Assembly: GCA_028023455.1 (NCBI GenBank)
Contig: JAQFVV010000007.1
Span: 6,448,001 to 6,512,000 of the forward strand
Source: Epiperipatus broadwayi
Taxonomy: Eukaryota > Animalia > Onychophora
Direction of reading: 5' to 3'
DNA: 64,000 nt
The notes beneath the pieces were generated by a model. It made no database searches. It saw only the letters and a program-made list of their open reading frames with translations, and was not told the origin of the DNA. The stretch's first letter is position 1, and every line of letters starts with the position of its first letter. Below are positions 38,986 to 51,378 of the stretch, piece by piece. A program made the position numbers and the translations under genes.

Positions 38986-40379
38986 TATTGGATAAGATAA
39001 CCCTCGTTAGAGATTTATTGAACACTACCATTTAGAATCTGTTGATCATTCAAACATGCACAAGAAGGCAGAACTGAAGTAAAAAAATTAGACTGGCTAA
39101 CCAAAATAAATAACTCCAATATAATTAAAAAGGTAATTATGTGATGACTACAATTACAATAGCCCCTGTCAATATTGGAATGTGCCCTCTATGGTTTTTT
39201 CTATTTACTTTGATAAGGTTAACACTTCTGTAAAGCTTAATAGTAGTTACAGAAATGAATTAAGTCATAGCTCATCACACTTCTAAAATATATAATAATT
39301 CCATTTACGCAATGTATTAAAAGTCAGAAAAGTACTTTGTAGCTGCAGATTTTCCATATCAAGTATACTACTTCAGTTGTATGCTATCAAAAAAGAGTAA
39401 TTAAACAAATAAGAAAAACATTAAAATTTATAAATTTAAATACATTTAACGATATTCCAACCACCATTTTTTTATCTCACAACACCACGTGCAATCATTT
39501 TTAAAAAGAAACCCATTAAAATTTATGAATTTAATAAATTTTACAATATATAAACAGACTTTTTTCTGTTTCAAAATGTTGTACACAATCATGTTTATTA
39601 ATAAAATTTATTTGGTTAATATTGAAAATATATCCTTCCAACCTCAATGCACATATGGACTTAAAAACCATCAAAACAACTAAAGAAGGCATAGACTATT
39701 GAAAGTGTGACTATTATCAATAAAACAAAAAGTTAATATATCACCCAGAGCATATTTAATTGCAATGAAATTTGGACATGTCACTATTTATATTACTTAA
39801 AAAATATATTTTTTTATTTTTTGAGTGAATGCGACTGAGTGAACATACATTTAGTAAAATATATGAAAATGTCCCCCCCTCAATATATTATTAATAACTA
39901 TATTATCATTATTATTTAATTTTGTTTATACTATAATCTTAATTTATATATGTATACAGTACATATAAGAAGCATGTTACATATACACATATTGAAAAGT
40001 ATTCTATTGTAATCAAAGATTGCTAAAAACATGAGCTATTATATGTTATGTACAATATCAACATCACCTAGTGTTAAATTTCTTCAACACCACTATCTAT
40101 GAAACAAACACATTCTGAATCAAGTAACACAAGTAAAAGTTAAATTTCTTACCTAAAGGTTACAAAGGTGTTAACATTTAAACTAAGGCAAACAAGAATC
40201 ATGAAATTAAATCAGTCACAAGTAGTGCTACTGAAGTAATTTAATGATAGGTGACATGTTTTGTCTATTTGAATTTTAACCAATGAGATGAAAGTGGTTC
40301 CATTTTTTATATAGCTATGTATGATATACACTAGGAAGTTAGACACAAATAGTTATGTCATGGCTCCACTATCTTCCCA

Positions 40380-40800
40380 AATAATTTGAAGAAATTTGAA
40401 AAAATCCTAAATATAAAATAGCTCCTCTAGCAATCATCTTATTAAGATCCTCAATAGCTGATACAAGTATCAACTATATAATTCATTATTTGGATTGGCT
40501 CACAACCAAATATGTTTGAGATCTTTGAATTACACTTCTGAATCAGATAAGCATGGGAACAATAAGAGGACCAGAATTGGCTGAAAAAATTTCAGTAATA
40601 TATAAAAAAGATCAAATCCATTAATCTTTCTGGTTGATTTGAAAAAAAATGTTTGAGGTTTTGCAAAAAGTCTATTTCTTATGCAATAAATCTCCAGTTA
40701 TTCCTTGGTTGAATATCCACAAAATAATATTAGTTTGAAATGTGTCCTAATTTGTCTTTGGTCTGATATGCTCAACAGCTTTTCAGATTATATTATGACA
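40380..40800 (-). mobile_element. Highly decayed LINE RT remnant
   Basis: Minus-strand KAVEHI..IFNQGITGDLL and ILVLLLFPC echo KAFD..GI.G.L and LGPLLF. Confidence 0.35.
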
Positions 40801-41070
40801 TCTTGTGCAGGAATAAAAAACTAGAAATCACTTATTTAAAGAAAATTTAAAAAACCTGACAAACAATTAAAGTATAGTTATGTAACAAGGTATTTTGAGA
40901 TTAGCTGTGTTGCGACTTAATCAGCTTGCCATAATTATTCTAACTTTTCAAATTATTCTATCACTTGTAAAGATTAGCAAACTTTATATTTAAAAAATGA
41001 GTTTTTGAATTCAACTCAGTTTTAAAAAAGCATTCATCAAAGTTAAACCACTAAACATCACATGATCACT

Positions 41071-41317
41071 AAAACTCTCTATACGGTAGTGCCACTCAGT
41101 GCCAACCAGAGTAATTAATGGAAGCCAGAAGGTTTGTGCATAAAATCCCCATCTACTCATCCAATATCCTCAGACTAGTTTCTGGCTTGTGGCCTTCATC
41201 AGTGAGTCTGGGAATATTGGATGAGTAGGCACTAGATGGGGATTTTATGCACAAACCTTCTGGCATCTATTGATTACTTTGGTTGGCACTGAGTGGACCT
41301 ACTGTATGGAGAGTTTT
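41071..41317. mobile_element. Family A fold-back element (~105 bp arms) with a single hammerhead at the turn
   Basis: 41071-41175 is complementary to 41206-41317; the same termini (AAACTCTCCATACAGTAG-like) occur at 58297 and 60391. Confidence 0.88.
41169..41206 (-). ncRNA. Minimal type I hammerhead, family A, intact core
   Basis: Minus strand CTCA-CTGATGA-A-GGC-CACAA-GCC-A-GAAA-CTAG-TC-TGAG: helix I CUCA/UGAG, palindromic CUAG, GUC cleavage triplet. Confidence 0.82.
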
Positions 41318-42222
41318 GCCTGTTTTATTCATCAAAGTATTATGAATACAAACTTTATATTTAAAAAATTTGAATTCAAGTTGATTTAATAAAAAATATT
41401 ATGAATACAATATAAATAAAAAAAATTTTTGGATAAAAAAATTAGTAAACAAAATCAATTTTCATCATTCAATTTATTTAATTCAAATCTTTTATTTATG
41501 TCATATTCATAATGTTTTAAAATTAACTTGACTTTAAAAAAAAACTAAAATGATACTTTACAAGCAATGAAAATATATTCACAAAATTAGAATTATTATG
41601 TCCAGACAATTATTACATCATTGCAACTCTAATCCCAAAGCACCCCTATAACAATAATGGGAGTAGAGACAAATGTAAAAAAATGATGGGCAGAAATAAA
41701 AAGGTGAAAACAACATTGAAAATATATTTAAAAAGTGTATTAAATGCATGTATAATCTGAAAAATGATATAGATTTAATTCTCAAATTATTAATAGTAGA
41801 ATGTATATAAGAAGTGTAACTAATAAAATACTGTAAACTAAACTCAAATAAAAAGTGATTTTTTTTTTTAAAAAACAAACAGCCAAAGAATAGCCATCCT
41901 TAAATAAAAATAATTAACCATTTTCTAATTGACTAAATATATCTGTTAAGGCATAAAACATAAAAATAATTTTCAGCTATAAAGTCTTCAGTTTAAATAG
42001 AATTTATAATAAAATAAAATTATTTTTTAGATATTTATTATCTTACAAAATAATGAAAGTATCTTTGAATCAAAGAAATTATCTTTAGAAATAAAAAACG
42101 TATCTTTCTACCTTTACTAACATAATATAAAAAATTCTACTGAGATATGTAACTCAGAAATTTCAATTTATAATTGCTTTTCCATGACAACTGCCATCTA
42201 GGAGTGAAATAACTAAATTATA

Positions 42223-42775
42223 GAAACCATAATCATTCATCATCATCATCAACCATTATCAATCCACTGTAAGATGAAGGTCTCTCCAAGTTCAATCCAT
42301 CTTCTCTGATCTTTAGCTTCTCTTCTCTACATCACCCCTGCACACTTTCTTATTTCACCCATTCATCTCACATGTGGTCTCTTTATGGGTCTTTTAAAAA
42401 CCCTTGGAATCCAGTTTAAGATTTCAATTGTCCATCTATTATCATCTCTTCAAGCTATCTAATTATGGGAAAGAACCATATGATTAGAAGCTATAACTAG
42501 GAACCATAATCATTCATCATCATCATCAACCACTATCAATCCACTGTAAGATGAAGGTCTCTCCAAGTTCAATCCATCTTCTCTGATCTTTAGCTTCTCT
42601 TCTCCACATCATCCCTGCACACTTTCTATTTCACCCATTCATCTCACATGTGGTCTCTTTATGGGTCTTTTAAAAACCCTTGGAATCCAGTTTAAGATTT
42701 CAATTGTCCATCTATTATCATCTCTTCAAGCTATATAATTATGAGAAAGAACCATATGATTAGAAGCTATAACTA
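42223..42775 (-). mobile_element. Two tandem copies (277 bp period) of an RTE 3' end plus flank
   Basis: AACCATAATCATTCATCATCATC at 42225 and 42502; each unit contains the RTE tail homologous to 22140-22350. Confidence 0.92.
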
Positions 42776-43284
42776 CCGCTATGAATGATTACATTAAAAT
42801 GGTAGTAAGAAAAAATAGACAAACATAAACACTGAAAAAAAAGTAGATGTACTGCAGAAAATATAACTAAATAAAAATGTAAAACAATAAAGCTAGATAA
42901 GAGAAAGTTGTAACAAAATGATTTTAACTTAAAGCTTCGAATAGACCACGATTAAGAGTAACAGGGCATGCCAATTAACTAATTTAAATTCTTTTGTCTT
43001 ATGAAAATAACACACATATATATAATACACAAAATAAATCAATATTAACTGGTTTAAAATACTTTATTTAAATTGTATAAACATTCATATTTTATTTTTT
43101 GATTGCAAATACTAAACATATACTAATTGTTTTTCTTTTTTTGATTTTAATTTTTGATTTTTAAAAGTCTGATAAAATATTTTTTTTTGTATAATGCCAA
43201 TTTCAAAACATATTTACTTTTGCTAAAAGTTAATCGCTAAGCTTTCTTTCAATTGTATTTTTTTAAATAAAAAAGTCTTGTCAA

Positions 43285-43385
43285 GCATTGGTGGTTGAAA
43301 GGTCAGCGACATCTGCTTTACAAGCAGTTGTCCCGGGTTAGCGGGTTCGCTTCCCGGCTGATGCTATGACACATGAGAAAAAAAA
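43285..43385 (+). mobile_element. tRNA-derived SINE
   Basis: GCATTGGTGGTTGAAAGGT..CTGC-TTTACAA-GCAG..GGGTTCGCTTCCCGGCTGATGC, then TATGACACATGAGAAAAAAAA. Confidence 0.78.
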
Positions 43386-43963
43386 GACTTTTGCTAAAAT
43401 AAATAAATAAATTATTTACCAAATTTTAAGTGCATTGAATTAAAGATAAATGTCAATTTGTTTTTCGTTGACAAACCAATCATATTACAGTCTTAGTTGT
43501 TAGAGTTAATAATTACTAAAAAATATTCAAGTTGAAAATTTTGGTTTTGCCAGAATTTTTTAATTAGAGTTTTTATCAAGTTTATTAATTTCTATAAGCT
43601 ATGCAGTAAATCATTACCCATAGTGGATACAGCCATAATAAATTCTGCTACAGTTCATAAAAGCAGCAAAAAACTTTATTGAATCATCCATGTAACTATC
43701 CCGATGAAGGGTTGCCACTAAAACATTCTAATTTCAAAAGAACATACAAGATAAAAAAAATCTGTCATGTATTTTATTTTCATATTTCAAGCAAATTTAA
43801 AAAAAATTTTTTTTTTCTGGATCATTTAAAGATTTTTGGGAATTCATATATATATATATATATATGAAACTTGAACTCAGATTTTAAATTCCCCACATTT
43901 ATACAATCCATCTTATACAACTGATACACATGATCACATACATGTGAAAAAGATAAATGATCT

Positions 43964-44005
43964 CCAATATATGTATTTTGTGCTGAACCAGCACTCATCA
44001 GTTGT
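43964..44005 (-). ncRNA. Hammerhead family B (G12 lost, consistent with CpG decay)
   Basis: Minus strand ACAA-CTGATGA-GTGCTG-GTT-CAGCAC-AAAA-TACATA-TA-TTGG. Confidence 0.7.
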
Positions 44006-44360
44006 TCCAGATCACCATCTCCACTCCACATATATACAACCACTGCTCAGTTTATATTAAGATAGCAAACCTTCAAACTTTAATGGTCAAGCTTCAATCC
44101 TCTCTGCCTTCCAACTCTTCAGCCATCCATGTCATTCAAAATATGAGGATAAAATGCCCTTGATGATGCCAATATTATTGTCATACCCATGTCAACCTTA
44201 AGTCAATCTGATGCCTCTCACATAGAACCTTAATATGTCCATGATGTAAATGGCTGAAGAGTTGGAGAGGATTGAAGCTTGTCCATTAAAATTTGAAGAT
44301 TTGCTATGTTAATTAAACTGAGCAGTGATTGTATATATGTGTTGGAGATGGCGATCTGGA

Positions 44361-44402
44361 CCAACTGATGAGTGATGGTTCAGCACGAAATATGTATATT
44401 GG
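44361..44402 (+). ncRNA. Minimal type I hammerhead, family B, intact core
   Basis: CCAA-CTGATGA-GTG-ATGGTTCAG-CAC-GAAA-TATGTA-TA-TTGG: G10.1-C11.1 pair, helix I CCAA/UUGG, AUA triplet. Confidence 0.82.
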
Positions 44403-45596
44403 AGATCATTTATATTTTTCAAATGTATGTCATGTGGTCATGTGTATAAGATGGATTGGATAAATGTGGGGAGTTTGAAAGTCTGAGTTCAAGTCTCTTT
44501 ATAATTACATTAAATTTAGTATAAACAATATAGATGAATTTAAATAGTATATATATAATTTAATAATATTTAAGAGATATAATTGATGAAATATTTTTAA
44601 ATATGTGGAAATTTCTGTTATAATTTTATTTACAAACCATAGTCAGATGAAAATAGCAAATTGTTAAGATTTTTTGTAATCAAAGAGAAATTCTTTAAAT
44701 GCAGTTTCTAATTCTTAAATAGAGATAAAGTATTACAATAAACATATCCATATATAAAGAAATAAGACTCACAACTTTTTCTATTGCATAATAAACTTGA
44801 AGTTAACTTAGCTATAAGATAATATCATTATTTGAAGTTTTGCAAAAATGTCACTAATAAATCATAAGCAAATCTGTAAGAATTATCAATCTAAAAAAAT
44901 GTCAAATATGTTACGGTTGATTGATTTCATGTAAACACATGTAATAAAAAATATAACCACTTTAATATTTTATTATTTATTTACCGTAATCTGTTGTTTA
45001 ATTTTATTTATGCATAACAATTCTGAATGGTAAATCAAATATATTAATTATTCATATTCACACACATACCCACACACACACATATATATGTTAATATTGG
45101 TATTAAATGAAATGATTTCCCCCATTAGATACTGTAATAAAATTAATTTAGAAATTTAGTTTTAAAATAGCAATTAATTTGATGATTTAAATATTTTAAT
45201 AGGCTAAATTTATTTTGAACTGAAGTTTAGAACAGTGTGTACCTAGAAAGATGTCTAAATTGGTAGTGTTTTAGAGTTTATTTTCTTGGCTAGTCTGGTT
45301 GAATTGTGAATTTGGGCTAATTGTGATTATTTATTAACTAGTTTAGCATTATGTTTTTAATGTTTATATATAAGTAAATTATAGATTGAGGTTATATGCA
45401 AACCAATACGCATTGTTATATAAAATCAAACTTATTACTTAAATATTTTAGCTACTCAAAATACTTATTAATGTTCTTTATTTTAAATTTAATATTTCTT
45501 CTATATATGTGATTGGCGATGACATGTTTGATTAATATAAATGACCTTTTGTAAGCAGAATGAATTTATTACTATAATAATAAGATAATAATAATA

Positions 45597-47010
45597 AATT
45601 CTTTATAACAGCTATATAAATAAAAAAGCCTTTTTCTGCACCTGGTTTGGTACTCTTGTCAAAATGTTAATAATTTATATAATGTTAATGAACTATTTCA
45701 AACACAAAAACATCTAGTGTTGAATAATGGAACTAAAACAAGCAATAACAATATACATCATTAAAATAAATCAAAACCTCATATATAAATCTAGTAATTA
45801 CAAAATAATTGACTATATCATAACAATACATTAAATAAATATTACATTCATTTTTATACAATTATATATATATCTTTTTACATAATTTTCCATTCATTTT
45901 TAATTAACCAATTATTAACCAAATTTATAGAAGTCTTGTAATATAATATAGATAAAAGTATAGCTCAATTACAAAAGAATCAATTTATTAAATTATATAA
46001 AGATTATGGATATAATCCTAAAACTATTAAAAATATATTTTTTAATTCTAAAAAATCTACAGTGGGTGATAAAATTTCTGGGGAAAATAATGGTATTGAT
46101 AATCATAATAATAGATCAAATAAAAAATGGATTAGATTTTCATATTATCCTAGGATATATAATACATTAAGATATAGCAAAAATTATATTGAGAAGAATA
46201 TAAATATTGGCTGGACAAATACTAAAAATCTCAATCAATTAATAGGTAATTATAAGTTAAAGGACAATATACAGTACAAAAAAAGAATTGTATATAAGAT
46301 TACATGTGAAATTTGTAAAATGACTTACTTTGGGCATACTGGGACAATTAGAGGTAAGAGCCAAAGAACATAATAATGCAATTAATAGAATAGATCATAA
46401 ATCTACATTATATATTCATTACTTGAAATGTGGTCATAGAATAGATGCTACAAAAAATATTACACTTTTAAATTACATCAAAGATCCAAAAAGAAGACAA
46501 ATATATGAAACATACTATATTAAAATAATTTGAATAATTGTATTAATATTTACAAGACTTCTATAAATTTGGTTAATTGGTTAATTAAAAATGAATGGAA
46601 AATTATATAAAATGATATAAATATAATTGTATATAAAAATGCATGTAAAAAATAATAATAATAATTAAGCTTGTTTAGGGCTAGTAGCAGGCTCTTTATA
46701 TATTACATATTGGTAATACAAGCTATATAGGTCATGTGATATATGACTGATTTTTACTATTAATGTATTGTTATGATATGCCAATTATTTTGTAATTACT
46801 AGATTTATATATGAGAGTTTTAATTTATTTTAACAACTTATATTGTTATTGCATGTTTTAATTCCATTATTGAAAACTAGATGGTTTTATGTGTGAAATA
46901 GTTTATTAGCATTAAATAGATTATTAACATTTGAAAAGGGTACCAAATCAGATGCTGAAAAAGGCTTTTTATGTGAAAAATTATTATTGATATTTATATA
47001 GCTGTTATAA
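45597..47010 (+). mobile_element. 5'-truncated Penelope-like element (GIY-YIG end) flanked by long inverted repeats
   Basis: 46062-46533 gives RIVYKITCEICKMTYFGHTG / QLEVRAKEHNNAI..STLYIHYLKCGH..RRQIYETYYI. 45597-45955 is complementary to 46530-47010. Confidence 0.88.
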
Positions 47011-47902
47011 AAAATTATTATTTTCTAATTATTATTTTATGGCAGATTTTTATTCATTTCCAATTTTGATGAATTTATGACTTTACATTGACCAAATTTT
47101 ATAGTCTGGTTGTAATAAAGGTAAAAGTATAGACATATTTATGAATTGCCATGGGTAGAGACTAGATGATGCTCTACAAATGAATATTTCTTCTCTCTAG
47201 AGATGTGTATATAACTAAATCTTACTTTAACCATTACTATACAAATACCTATACATATATCTAAAGCCAATTGAATTCAAGCTGTATTAGAGATGATACA
47301 CAAAAGAATTGATCATATCCTGATCAACACATAATTTTCTTTTAGTTTTATTAACCTCTATATAAATCTTTATTACTTTATATATTTGGTAACCCAACAT
47401 GGAAAATAAATAGTTAAATCATCATCATAATTATCTAAATGCAACATTTTTCCTTTTGTTGTTGATGCTACAAGCGAGATGAAGACTGACAGAGTAGAGA
47501 CAATTGATGATATTTCTGAAATAATAGATATTTTTTTCATCTTTGTAAAGCAAAATCATGACACCTGAATAATGGCTGACAAGTTTTCTTTCAGCAATTA
47601 AAAGATTTTACACTGTGAAACATAAGATTAGGAAACAGCCACTTCATATTTAACTATGATGAATGATTAAAAATATATTTTTAAGAGCTAAAATCTTTTA
47701 CATGAAAAAAGTTTGGATTTAAAAAGGCAGAAAAATAAGAAATGTAATTGCAGTGATGAGGAATATTATTGAGAGATATTTAGAAAATAAAAGATAAATT
47801 CATATCTGTTTCAGTGACCTTCAAATTGTTACATTTTGATTGAAAAGATGCAAAATAAAAGAAAAGATGGCTATCAAGAAGTGTGTATATAAAAGAAGAT
47901 AT

Positions 47903-48057
47903 AAAATGTTCAAATCAACTCCCAAATGTTGTTTTTTCAGCAGCATCTTCTGCGAATAAATATAAAGTTCAGACTTTATATTTATAAAGTTCAGATCTTA
48001 TATTTATTCATATGCATTGCTGAAAAATAACATTTGGTAAAATGATTTGAACATTTT
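47903..48057. repeat. Small fold-back (~65 bp arms)
   Basis: TGTTCAAATCA..CAAATGTTGTTTTTTCAGCA pairs with TGCTGAAAAATAACATTTG..TGATTTGAACA. Confidence 0.75.
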
Positions 48058-48204
48058 GTATTTGATTTTTCAGCTAATGATAAGTACTGGGATGTTTTTT
48101 TAAGAGAAGATATTTATAACTTGATGTAATTAGAGGGAATTTGAACCTAGGCTTTTAAACTCCTTTCAGTATCCACACATACATGTGAAAAAGATAAATG
48201 ATCT

Positions 48205-48245
48205 CCAATATATGTATTCATGCTGAACTAGCATTCATCAGTTGG
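48205..48245 (-). ncRNA. Hammerhead family B, degenerate (GAA instead of GAAA)
   Basis: Minus strand CCAA-CTGATGA-ATGCTAGTTCAGCAT-GAA-TACATA-TA-TTGG; flanks 48120-48270 match the family. Confidence 0.65.
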
Positions 48246-49051
48246 TCCAGGTCATCATCTCCCACACATATATGTGTATTACTAATGATTAAATATATTT
48301 GAAAAGTTTGAATTTTTTTAAAAAGCATTTAACAATTCCACAAGAAAATATTCCAACATATAATTATATGTGAATAAGTGTTAAAAATACGTATTTCATA
48401 TGGTTTTCTACCATCTCTGGATTTTCGTATCCATGATAACACTTGAAATCAAATGACACAGAATGGGATCACTCTGTAAATTTACATGTGTGTAAGCAAA
48501 AATAAACTCCAAAAAATTTACCATCTGGACAGCATTTTATTGTTCTACTTATTTTACATTCTGTTTGGTAGATGGAGTCCCACCGTCTGCTGATGTCATA
48601 TGAGGCTACAGACAAAAGAGTTCTACAGCATCCTATGAACACTGACCAGGGTGTCTATTAGTTTTTCTTATAATGTCTTTTGAGGAACTTCCTAAAAACA
48701 GCTAATGGCAGTAAGCAAATGCTGCTGGTAAACACTTCCATATTGTATTTCAAAAGTTCACTGCAAAAAAAATAAATTCCATTTGAATCCAATGGTTTCT
48801 TTCATTTATAAATTGTTTTGCAAAACAGTGACAAAATCCACAACTTAAACAGCCTGAGAAAAAAATTTAAAACAACCTCAGCGGAGCGATAAAGGATCAT
48901 AGCTAAGAAAAATTCTGATGAAGCAGTTGAGGTTTTTTTTTTAATATTACATAAAGCTGTGGAATATTTCCTGGAATATTTACAGTTCAAAGTATTGACA
49001 AAAATAATTACTATGCCTAGAGTATTCACAGAGGAGCTCGGATCTTTAATG

Positions 49052-49258
49052 TCAAACGTCCAAATCTGCCATCATCTTCCGAAAATCTGAAAGTGTATTG
49101 TAGTCAGGATCTTCATCTATGTCTACAATATCTGTTGTATCATTTTTACAGAATGCTGGATTAGTACGAGATAAAGACAGCGGACATGGGAGCAGTTCAG
49201 GCATCACCGAATGATGAACAATAAGAGCTGTCAAACTTGGAAACTCTTTCGTGAAACC
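49052..49258 (-). CDS. Terminal coding exon of an SH2-domain adaptor (tensin-type SH2, EGFR-adapter-protein-like)
   Basis: Strong acceptor TTTTTTTCTCTTTTGCAG|GGT, phase 0. GFTKEFPSLTALIVHHSVMPELLPCPLSL matches the tensin-type SH2 C-terminus (F.SL.AL..HS....LPC.L); the tail is DEDPDYNTLSDFRKMMADLDV-stop. The orthology call is from memory. Confidence 0.85.
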   Translation of the reverse strand, partial: GFTKEFPSLTALIVHHSVMPELLPCPLSLSRTNPAFCKNDTTDIVDIDEDPDYNTLSDFRKMMADLDV

Positions 49259-50854
49259 CTGCAAAAGAGAAAAAAATACATAAAACTATAAAATATACAT
49301 TTCTTATTTTGTATTTTATTAATCTTTGCTTTGAAATAAATCTAAAACACTAAAATAACTTTTGTTGAGTATTGAATGAAAAGCAATGCTAATCACCATA
49401 GATGATGATGATAACATTTTATATCATGCACTTCCAGTATCTTTTAAAACTGAAGTGTTTGAGCATAAAGTTAACTTTCTAAAAGATCATTAAATATGTA
49501 CTAATAATGTACATAGTCATTAAACTTTCATGATATTGATTATGCATTCAGATGCTACAATGAGATGTGGAAAATCTTGGCAGAAAATCAGTATTATAAT
49601 GTATGGAGCATGCTCAAAATGAAACAATATTTAAATAGTCTACTGCAGAGTAAAGGTTTACCAACAGATCTTCAAAAAAGAATAGCTGAGGTATGATGTG
49701 GTTTTTCATTTCTATTTGGCTAAGAATTGCTAGATACTCATTTGCTGATCAATAATTGAATAGGTTAATTGTAAAATGGATACTTAAAAGACAAATTCTA
49801 AGCTTATTTGAAGTCAAAAAATATACGAACTTCGTCTAGCTTGAATTCAAACTTCAAGTCATAGCCATGAAAGTTTTCATAATGCGAACTGAATATTTTA
49901 CCCTTGTGTGCATGCTGTTTTTTTCATAAAAGCAGATCGATATGTCAAGCAGTAAGATCATGTGACTGTTTTATACTATTTGATTACCATTGATAGAAAG
50001 TTACCATTACTTTCCAGCCCTTAAACACAATTTATTCTAACAACTTTACATGTAGTTTAAAACTACATCAGAAAAATTAATGAATTATTTACATAGCTAA
50101 TTTTTAAACAAGTAGATGTAATAATTAATTAGAAAAATTTGTCTAAAATTTGGTACATCTCATTTATTGCAAAACAAATCTCTAGTATAGCTTTTATCTT
50201 TAAATTCATAATAACAACTAAGGTTAGCGAGAATCCAATATATTTCAAATGGGATACGACTACTATGATAATATTTGTTGATTTCAAAAATTATTTCGAT
50301 TTTTTTTTTTAAAGATTTACTTAACTTTTTGCTAATATTATTCTTTTTAAAATAATGAGATTATTTAAAATTGATTTCTTTTAAATATATAATTAAGAAT
50401 TTTAAAAATTAAATACATTCATAGTTAATGTTTTTCATTTGCTTTTAAAAGTCATTATGACAACAACCACAAAAATTTAAACTTTGATTCGAGAACTGGA
50501 GGTTGAGTTGTCATAAAAGATATGAAAAATACATCAATAAATCTATTCATGGAACCCTAAGATAATTGAAGCTAAGCTAGATACTTAACCTTTTAACCGC
50601 TAATTATATTATTGGTTGTGTCAGCTAAAAATCAAAGCTTTTAATTGGCCAGCTCACAAACTGAAGACAAGTCAATTGTCAAAATATTTTCACCTTTAAT
50701 ATCATATTGACTTTATATTTGTTTATAAAAAATATATTAATACATTTTCAGGTTATAAAAGTGAACGAAAGTTCTTTCAAAAATAAATTGTTATTTATTT
50801 ATTATAAAATATTCAATTTCGGCAAAATAAAAGCCAACATATAAACAAAGAGTT

Positions 50855-51378
50855 CGTGACGTAAATGATTTTTACGTTATAGAAAACTAAATATTTCTTT
50901 TTGCTAAATCTTAAATATTTTTACTAAAATCTTCAATATTTTTCGAAAATAATTTTGTTTTTTTAGTATATTTGTATTTAAAAATTATTTTAATACTCAA
51001 ATTGTACTTTGGAATACTTTAAACCATATTCGAAATGAAAATCTCAGCGTTTTTCTTTATTTTCTTTGATCAGGCGGTTTCTTTGTTCTTTCCAGCCAAT
51101 CAGAATGTCTTTGTCAGCTGAGAGCCAGCTGAGAGCCAATCACCAATAAGTTTCTTTCTTTGTTTAGCTTTAAATGCGGTTTTTTTGACTTTTTACTTGT
51201 AAAATAATTCAGAAGAGGGCACCATCTTACAGAACTTTTAAAAACCTAATCAATAACTGTCAAACGAATCTCCTACCATTAAAAATAACAGAATTAGAGT
51301 GACGTCAACTGCTTACGAGAGTCCTCGTAAGAGGCGGGAATGAATCATTTAAATGAACTTATAAAGAACGCCATCTTT
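50855..51378. promoter_or_regulatory. Promoter/enhancer-like motif cluster
   Basis: CGTGACGTAA at 50855; CCAAT at 51096, 51136 and 51143; TGACGTCA at 51300; GGCGGGAA at 51333; CGCCATCTTT at 51369; CpGs retained. Confidence 0.6.

Larger units (their letters stand above)
43866..44497. mobile_element. Family B fold-back element (~255 bp arms) with two hammerheads
   Basis: 43866-44126 is complementary to 44250-44497, with a ~125 bp spacer. Confidence 0.9.

Noticed and set aside
43695-43730. CCGATGAAGGGTTGCCACTAAAAC hammerhead-like remnant
   Set aside because: Both core boxes are altered and no second copy was seen.
48802-49029. ORF downstream of the SH2 stop (readthrough extension)
   Set aside because: A second stop (TAA) follows two codons after the TGA; most likely 3' UTR.
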